NCBI GenBank assembly: GCA_018669975.1
Contig: JABHSK010000005.1
Span: 121,132 to 185,131 of the forward strand
Source: Candidatus Parcubacteria bacterium
GTDB lineage: Bacteria; Patescibacteriota; Patescibacteriia; UBA1558; GWA2-36-10
Direction of reading: 5' to 3'
Length of the DNA stretch: 64,000 nucleotides
The translations under genes were made by a program, and so were the position numbers. Numbering within the stretch: the stretch's first letter is position 1; the number at the start of each line of letters is the position of its first letter. Of this stretch, positions 58,393 to 64,000 are shown piece after piece. The notes under the pieces are model-generated. The model was not told the origin of the DNA and made no database searches. It saw only the letters and a program-made list of their open reading frames with translations.

Positions 58393-59757
58393 TTATCTTC
58401 CTAAAGTTATATTAAATACAGTATTTATAGTTTTGAGGATAATTGAAATATCCAAAGCAATTGAACGATTTTTGATGTAAAAAAGGTCATATTGCAGCTT
58501 TTCTAGGGCATCTTCTACAGAAGAGCCGTAGGGGAAATTGATTTGTGCCCAACCACTTAAGCCGGGTTTTACTAGATGTCTTTCGTTGTAAAAAGATATT
58601 TTTTCTTTTAGTTGGTCTACAAACTCTGGTCTTTCTGGTCGAGGACCAACAAAGCTCATATTGCCTTTAACAATATTCCAGAACTGAGGTATTTCATCAA
58701 TTCTTGCTTTACGTATGAATTTGCCGATGCCAGTAACGCGAGCATCATTTTTACTAGCCCATTGAGCTCCACTTTTTTCAGCATCTTGAACCATGGAGCG
58801 GAATTTATAAACTGTAAAGATTTTTCCATTAAGTCCAACTCTTTTTTGTTTATAGATAAGAGGTCCTTTTGAGCCAGTCTTTATCAGGATAGCTATGATT
58901 GGTATAAAGAGTAGTGAAATTAAACCAAATAAAGAAGCAAAAAAGATATCAATTACTCTTTTAACTATCGCAAACCATTGCTCATTTTTTTGAGTAAAGT
59001 TTTCTAGAAACCAATTTCTTTCCAGTGAGGTGACTGGCACCTTGCCAGTGAGCTTTTCATAAAAGTCTGTTAGATTGAAATACTGTATTTTTAAATCAAT
59101 GCTTTCAAATAAGTATTTAGCTACCTCAGGACCATAGCGTGTATCGTTGACAGCTACCACGGTATTTATTTTGTGCTTGATGAGTTGATTTTTAAGATCA
59201 GCAATGTCTTTGCTCATGGTGACCACTTGAAATTTTTCAGGGATAACTGCATGATCAGGGTTTATAATTAACTTTAGCTTATAACCAAGTTGTGGTTTGG
59301 TGATAGTTTCTTCAGCTAATAAGAGTGATTCAGGTGTGACACCAATGATAGCTAGGTTAGCGCCCATTGTAGAACTGGAAATAATTTTGTAAAAAAGTTT
59401 CCGCCATAACAGGAACAGGACAGTAAATACTACTAAAAGTATCAATAGTATAGTTTGAGGCTTTAAATAGCTAAAGCGTCCTAGGATCAAGTAAAAAAAC
59501 AGCACTGCCAGTAGTGCATTGATGGCTAGGTTTTGTATTAGGTGACCAAAAAATTTAAAGTCATTTTCTGCTTTACGTATCTCATATAGTCCATTGATAA
59601 AGAATACGATAACCCATATACTAAATACCAACGAAAAAGGTCCAAGGTGTTCCTGCCATAATTGACTATCAAGACGTCCATATCTGAGTAATAGGGTTAG
59701 GGCGAGACTAGTATACAGCAAGGCAACGTCGACCAGGAATAAGACAAATTTTTTCAT
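58393..59757 (-). CDS. Priming polyprenyl glycosylphosphotransferase (WbaP/WcaJ family)
   Basis: N-terminal TMs; KRVIDI, KFRSM, IDEIPQFWN, MSFVGPRPERP, KPGLSGWAQ. Confidence 0.93.
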   Translation of the reverse strand: MKKFVLFLVDVALLYTSLALTLLLRYGRLDSQLWQEHLGPFSLVFSIWVIVFFINGLYEIRKAENDFKFFGHLIQNLAINALLAVLFFYLILGRFSYLKPQTILLILLVVFTVLFLLWRKLFYKIISSSTMGANLAIIGVTPESLLLAEETITKPQLGYKLKLIINPDHAVIPEKFQVVTMSKDIADLKNQLIKHKINTVVAVNDTRYGPEVAKYLFESIDLKIQYFNLTDFYEKLTGKVPVTSLERNWFLENFTQKNEQWFAIVKRVIDIFFASLFGLISLLFIPIIAILIKTGSKGPLIYKQKRVGLNGKIFTVYKFRSMVQDAEKSGAQWASKNDARVTGIGKFIRKARIDEIPQFWNIVKGNMSFVGPRPERPEFVDQLKEKISFYNERHLVKPGLSGWAQINFPYGSSVEDALEKLQYDLFYIKNRSIALDISIILKTINTVFNITLGR

Positions 59758-59905
59758 TCGATTGAATTAAATGATATTTTATATTATAATAACAATTGCC
59801 CTATTTTGTCAATAAAATTAGCTAAAAATAAGAGAAAAGCAAAGAAGTGGGTTTTATTGGTATACTAGGTCTATTTTTAAATATTTATCAATCTAATACT
59901 TGTAT

Positions 59906-62089
59906 ATGATAAACAAGATTATCACTGCTAACCAAGATAAGGATATCAATTTTTATCTTAGAATTTTGATTAAACTTGGTTTAGCTTTAATTCTATTTTT
60001 GCCGTTGGTGACTAATAGTGATTTTTATTTCCCCTTTATAGTGCCTAGAAATTTATTATTCAGATTTATTCTGATTGTAATTCTAGCATTATATACTTAC
60101 TTATTTTTGAAGGATAAACAATTTAGACCAAAATTCAACAAGGCTTTTATTATATTCTGCGCGTTTATTTTCTCTCTAACAGTTTCCAGCTTGTTAGGAG
60201 GAAATTTTCCTTTTAGTTTTTGGAGTAATTATGAGAGGATGGATGGTTTATCAAATTGGTATTTTTTGATTGTTTATGTAGTGATAATGTTGGGCACCCT
60301 TCGTAATAGGCAGGATTGGAAACAATTTTTTAATATTAGTATAGTAGCGGCCTGGTTAATTAGTTGGTATGGTTTAGCTCAAAAACTTGGCTGGGACCAA
60401 AATCTAAACTTTATTATGGCTTCTACTGGAGGTTCTAGGATTGCTTCCACTCTTGGTAATGCAGCCTATGTTGGTTCCTATATGTTTATGCATATTATAC
60501 TTTCTTTGTACCTGCTTATTATTACCATTATGAAAAAGCAGTTAATTTCTTTCAAGACTTTTTGGTATGTTCTGAGTTTGATGTTGTTTACAGCCGTGTT
60601 GATATTAACTCAAACACGTGGGGCATTTTTAGGCTTAGCTTTATTCTTATTCTTATTGGTTATATTTTATTTGTGGTTTAACAGAAATAAAATAAATGCC
60701 TGGTATTATGTAGTAGCAGCCTTACTAATTAGCGGGGTTTTATTTACTGGATTATTGTTTCAGCAAAAAGAGAGCGCCTGGGTTAACAACGTGTTGTTGT
60801 TCCAAAAAATAACAGATGTATCCTTATCGGATACTACTGTGGAGTCACGTTTATCTATCTGGCAAAATAGTTTTAAAGGTTATTTGGATAAACCTGTGTT
60901 GGGTTGGGGAGATGAAAATTTTCAATATGTATTTAATAAATATTTTCCTGTAGAGATTTATCATAGTATTAACTCAGAAGTATGGTTTGACCGTCCTCAC
61001 AATATTTTAATTCAACACCTGATACACGGCGGATCTATTGGCTTGGGGTTATATTTAGGTATGTTTGCTTATCTAATATATGCGCTAATTAAAAAATATA
61101 AGAAAGACAAGCAATGGTTTTTCAGTTTTTTCTGGATAGCATTTTTGGTAAGCTTCTTACTTCATGATATGTTTATTTTTGATAGTATAAACACCAATGT
61201 TACTCTTTATTTAATGCTAGCCTTCCTCTTTAAAATAGGGGTTTCTGATGGTTATAAGCACATTAATCTGCCTATAAAAAAGAAAGATTATTACCGTGCG
61301 GGAGGTGTAGTTATCTTGGGTGTTATCTTGACTGTATTTATGGTCTGGCGACCAATGCAAGGTAATCTATTGTTAATGAGTTCCCTGCAAAAGGTGTCAC
61401 AGTTACGACCAACAAACAACAGTGTGATGATAGAGCAGTCTAATTCAGGATTTTTTAGAGAGGCTATAGACGACTGGAAGCGTTCACGTGATATTAGCTT
61501 CTTAGGTGATAAAGAAAAAGGTGAGGTTCTACTAAGGATTTTCCAGGGCACTACTAGGGCCACTTATCTTAAGCCTGAAAATCAAGAGGAGATATTTGAA
61601 TTAACGCAAGAATATCTAGAAACTATATCGGATCGTTATCCCAAAGACGTTAGGCAAAATTTATTCTTATCATATTTTTATAATGTGCTCAGTGGTACAA
61701 ATTTAAATTTCTCTATTAAGAATGTCGAGTTACTGGAAGGATTGAAAGATTGGGCAACACAACGACCAGATGTCTACACACAACTTTCACATGCTTATTT
61801 GATGGTGGGTGATTTTGATGCTGGTCTAGAAACAGCCTTGCAAGCTCAGGAGCTTGTACCAGAAACAAAATTTGTCTATTGGAATTTACTCAATGCATAT
61901 GTAGTGACTGGGGATATAGGAAATATCCAAAATACTTTAGAAAAAATTATTATTATTAACTTGAGGGATAATGGGCGACCATTTGAATTGCCAGAAATGC
62001 AACAGTTACAGGTTTTGATGTCTCAAGCAGAGAAAAATAATCAACCAGAAATAAAACAAGCTATAGAAGCCTATCTTCTACAGGAATAA
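59906..62089 (+). CDS. Second O-antigen ligase-like (Wzy_C) protein with C-terminal TPR-like region
   Basis: RIASTLGNAAY, TQTRGA, PVLGWG.ENF, FDRPHN; homologous to 27767-30001 (alternative TTG start 59900). Confidence 0.85.
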   Translation: MINKIITANQDKDINFYLRILIKLGLALILFLPLVTNSDFYFPFIVPRNLLFRFILIVILALYTYLFLKDKQFRPKFNKAFIIFCAFIFSLTVSSLLGGNFPFSFWSNYERMDGLSNWYFLIVYVVIMLGTLRNRQDWKQFFNISIVAAWLISWYGLAQKLGWDQNLNFIMASTGGSRIASTLGNAAYVGSYMFMHIILSLYLLIITIMKKQLISFKTFWYVLSLMLFTAVLILTQTRGAFLGLALFLFLLVIFYLWFNRNKINAWYYVVAALLISGVLFTGLLFQQKESAWVNNVLLFQKITDVSLSDTTVESRLSIWQNSFKGYLDKPVLGWGDENFQYVFNKYFPVEIYHSINSEVWFDRPHNILIQHLIHGGSIGLGLYLGMFAYLIYALIKKYKKDKQWFFSFFWIAFLVSFLLHDMFIFDSINTNVTLYLMLAFLFKIGVSDGYKHINLPIKKKDYYRAGGVVILGVILTVFMVWRPMQGNLLLMSSLQKVSQLRPTNNSVMIEQSNSGFFREAIDDWKRSRDISFLGDKEKGEVLLRIFQGTTRATYLKPENQEEIFELTQEYLETISDRYPKDVRQNLFLSYFYNVLSGTNLNFSIKNVELLEGLKDWATQRPDVYTQLSHAYLMVGDFDAGLETALQAQELVPETKFVYWNLLNAYVVTGDIGNIQNTLEKIIIINLRDNGRPFELPEMQQLQVLMSQAEKNNQPEIKQAIEAYLLQE

Positions 62090-62108
62090 TTTATAGGTAA
62101 TAATATAG

Positions 62109-62148
62109 AAAATAAGTAATCCATTGCGGTGGGTTACTTATTTTGTTT
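62109..62148 (+). terminator. Putative terminator hairpin
   Basis: aaaataagtaatcca-ttgcgg-tgggttacttatttt. Confidence 0.65.
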
Positions 62149-62162
62149 TAAGTAGCGATTTA

Positions 62163-62171
62163 TGTTATAAT
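62163..62171 (+). promoter_or_regulatory. Extended -10 promoter for the chemosensory operon
   Basis: TGTTATAAT upstream of 62214. Confidence 0.5.
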
Positions 62172-62213
62172 TTAATCGTAAACAATATAAAAAAACCAAA
62201 ATAAACAGGTGCC

Positions 62214-63356
62214 GTGAAAGTAGCTGAAACTAAAATCTATCTCAAATTTATTTCCTGGTTTGTAGCAGTATCTTTGCTACCAATTGCTTTATTATTTTTG
62301 ATAATTTATACCTTTAGTCCAGACAGTTCAGTTTTATTAGATCCAGAATTGCAAAAAATTATACTGGTAAGTGTTTTTATATCTATTGCACTTATTTTTA
62401 TATTGTCACTAGCTGCTACTAGGCACTTGTCTCGCTTGATTACTAAGCCAATTCAAGGCTCTATGGGAGAGCTTTCTAAAGTCGTTGATGAATTGTTTAA
62501 ATCTATTCAAGACTTGTCTGATGTTAGTCAAAATAATAGTGAATTATCGCAATTCTTAATACATAGTAGTCAAGCTCAACAGAAGGGTCTCAAAACAGGC
62601 ACTAAAGTAGTATCAGAAATGGTGCAATCTCTTGATCAGATTGCCAGAAAAACCAAGGTTTCAGCTAGAAATACTAAGAAAATAGCAGATTTAGCCAATG
62701 AAGGTGGGGTTAAATCAAATGTAGCCCTGGATAGTCTAGTGGTAGTTAAGCAGTTATCAACAGAGAATCAGAAGCTAAGCCAGGCTTTGGATGCCTACGC
62801 TTTTAAGGTTAAGGATATAGCCAAGCGAGTAGGAATATTAGCTGAAACAGCTAAATTTTTAAGCCTCAATGTATCCATTGAAGCCAACAAAACTTCTTTT
62901 AGTGAAAATTTTTCTAGTCTAATATCACAAATTAGAGAGTTAAATGTTACCAGTGAACAAGCTGCTAATAGCATTCAGGGTTTAGCTGGAGACATGCAAC
63001 GACAAATAGAGCAGTCTAAACAATCTTCTATACATGAGTGGCAGCAAACAAACAAAACTATCAAGGTGATTGGGCAAACTATAAATTTTTTGAGTGGTAT
63101 AGTTGGCAATGTCAGCAATGTTTCTAAAAGTACACAGGTCATTAGTCAGGAAGCTGAAGAAACACATAGAGAGGCGGATAATATAAATTCCATGATTGGA
63201 GGATTAAATAAAGAAGCAAAGTCTTTGGTTAAATATATTGATGACATTACCAAGACAATTTACAAGCAACTAACTGTCACCAAGTCACTTCATAAATCAT
63301 CTGCTGCTTTAAATAAAGTGACAGATACCTTAAATGATTTAGTCGGTAAAAAATAA
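62214..63356 (+). CDS. Methyl-accepting chemotaxis-like protein (divergent)
   Basis: Two N-terminal TMs, ITKPI junction, long coiled coil with tip-like LSLNVSIEA. Confidence 0.8.
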   Translation: MKVAETKIYLKFISWFVAVSLLPIALLFLIIYTFSPDSSVLLDPELQKIILVSVFISIALIFILSLAATRHLSRLITKPIQGSMGELSKVVDELFKSIQDLSDVSQNNSELSQFLIHSSQAQQKGLKTGTKVVSEMVQSLDQIARKTKVSARNTKKIADLANEGGVKSNVALDSLVVVKQLSTENQKLSQALDAYAFKVKDIAKRVGILAETAKFLSLNVSIEANKTSFSENFSSLISQIRELNVTSEQAANSIQGLAGDMQRQIEQSKQSSIHEWQQTNKTIKVIGQTINFLSGIVGNVSNVSKSTQVISQEAEETHREADNINSMIGGLNKEAKSLVKYIDDITKTIYKQLTVTKSLHKSSAALNKVTDTLNDLVGKK

Positions 63357-63772
63357 TGGCTGCCAAAACACAAAAATTTATTTTATTTTTCATCAATGAC
63401 GAAATGTGGGCTACGCCATTGACTTTTGGCAATCAATTTATTAGTTATGATCAACCAGTGCCACTACCCGATGTATCCAAAGAAGTTACTGGTCTTATCT
63501 ATGGAGGTGGGCATATTGTGACTTTATTGGACACAGCTAAAATATTAGCTATCCGTTCACATAGTAAGCAATATGAGACTTGTTTACGATTTGATTTTAA
63601 TAGTGATCATTATGGACTGTTAGTAGACGCTGGAGGTGAAACAGTCAAAGTTAATCGTGTTTTGACTGACCGCAACAAGAAAGAATTTAAAAAATATATA
63701 AAATTTAAAAACAATAAGATTTATATTTTATATCCAGAGGATATCTGGAACAAATTAAGTATTTATGATTAG
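63356..63772 (+). CDS. cheW: CheW-like adaptor
   Basis: FILFFIN, PVPLP..VTGLI..GGHIVTLLD, YGLLVD; lies between MCP and CheA. Confidence 0.8.
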   Translation: MAAKTQKFILFFINDEMWATPLTFGNQFISYDQPVPLPDVSKEVTGLIYGGGHIVTLLDTAKILAIRSHSKQYETCLRFDFNSDHYGLLVDAGGETVKVNRVLTDRNKKEFKKYIKFKNNKIYILYPEDIWNKLSIYD

Positions 63773-64000
63773 CGCCAAGTACAAAGATTTATATTTATCA
63801 AGTAGCAAGAGCCAGATGAAAAAGTTCTCTAGCTTGTTATTGTCTTTGGAAAAAAGTCCTCAAAATCAAAATTTGGCAGAAAATATATTTCGTTTGGTGC
63901 ATTCCATGAAAGGTGCAGCGGCTACCATGGGTTATAAAAAAACAGTCAATCTTTTTCACGCTATAGAAAATGTTATTGATGCTGTTTACAACCAAACCCT
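63765..64000 (+). CDS. cheA: CheA-like protein, N-terminal Hpt domain (truncated by window end)
   Basis: Own translation MISAKYKDLY...IFRLVHSMKGAAATMGY...FHAIEN, matching the CheA P1 motif; not in the ORF track. Confidence 0.85.
   Translation, partial: MISAKYKDLYLSSSKSQMKKFSSLLLSLEKSPQNQNLAENIFRLVHSMKGAAATMGYKKTVNLFHAIENVIDAVYNQT

Noticed and set aside
1-64000. CRISPR array, rRNA/tRNA genes, introns, recoded stop codons
   Set aside because: No regularly spaced repeats or RNA gene signatures seen; known genes are full length under the standard code, and several end in TGA.

Overview
AT-rich bacterial chromosome segment, most consistent with a Patescibacteria/CPR (Parcubacteria-like) genome. 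This assignment is an inference from the missing rpmD (uL30), near-absent Shine-Dalgarno sites on core genes, long charged ribosomal-protein extensions and a CPR-type large surface protein. Layout: (1) 1-13.6 kb, end of tuf plus the S10-spc operon to secY-adk-map, with no infA/alpha operon following. (2) 13.6-18.5 kb, housekeeping and envelope genes (YqgF, WecA-like, DUF192, a probably inactive HtrA-like protein, an HTH protein). (3) 18.5-20.4 kb, three GC-richer orphan genes with their own promoters, a shared leader motif, strong SD sites and terminators; one resembles a miniature sigma-54 (RpoN-like N and C termini around a Zn ribbon). (4) 20.4-27 kb, three perfect DnaA boxes, an ECF sigma/anti-sigma pair with a likely autoregulated leaderless promoter, a highly structured ~330-nt non-coding region and a 1306-aa S-layer-like protein. 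(5) 27-62 kb, a ~35-kb glycosylation locus bracketed by two O-antigen-ligase-like/TPR proteins and rich in modification enzymes. (6) 62-64 kb, start of an MCP-CheW-CheA chemosensory operon. No tRNA, rRNA, CRISPR array or transposase was recognised. All assignments are by eye from motifs; no searches were run.
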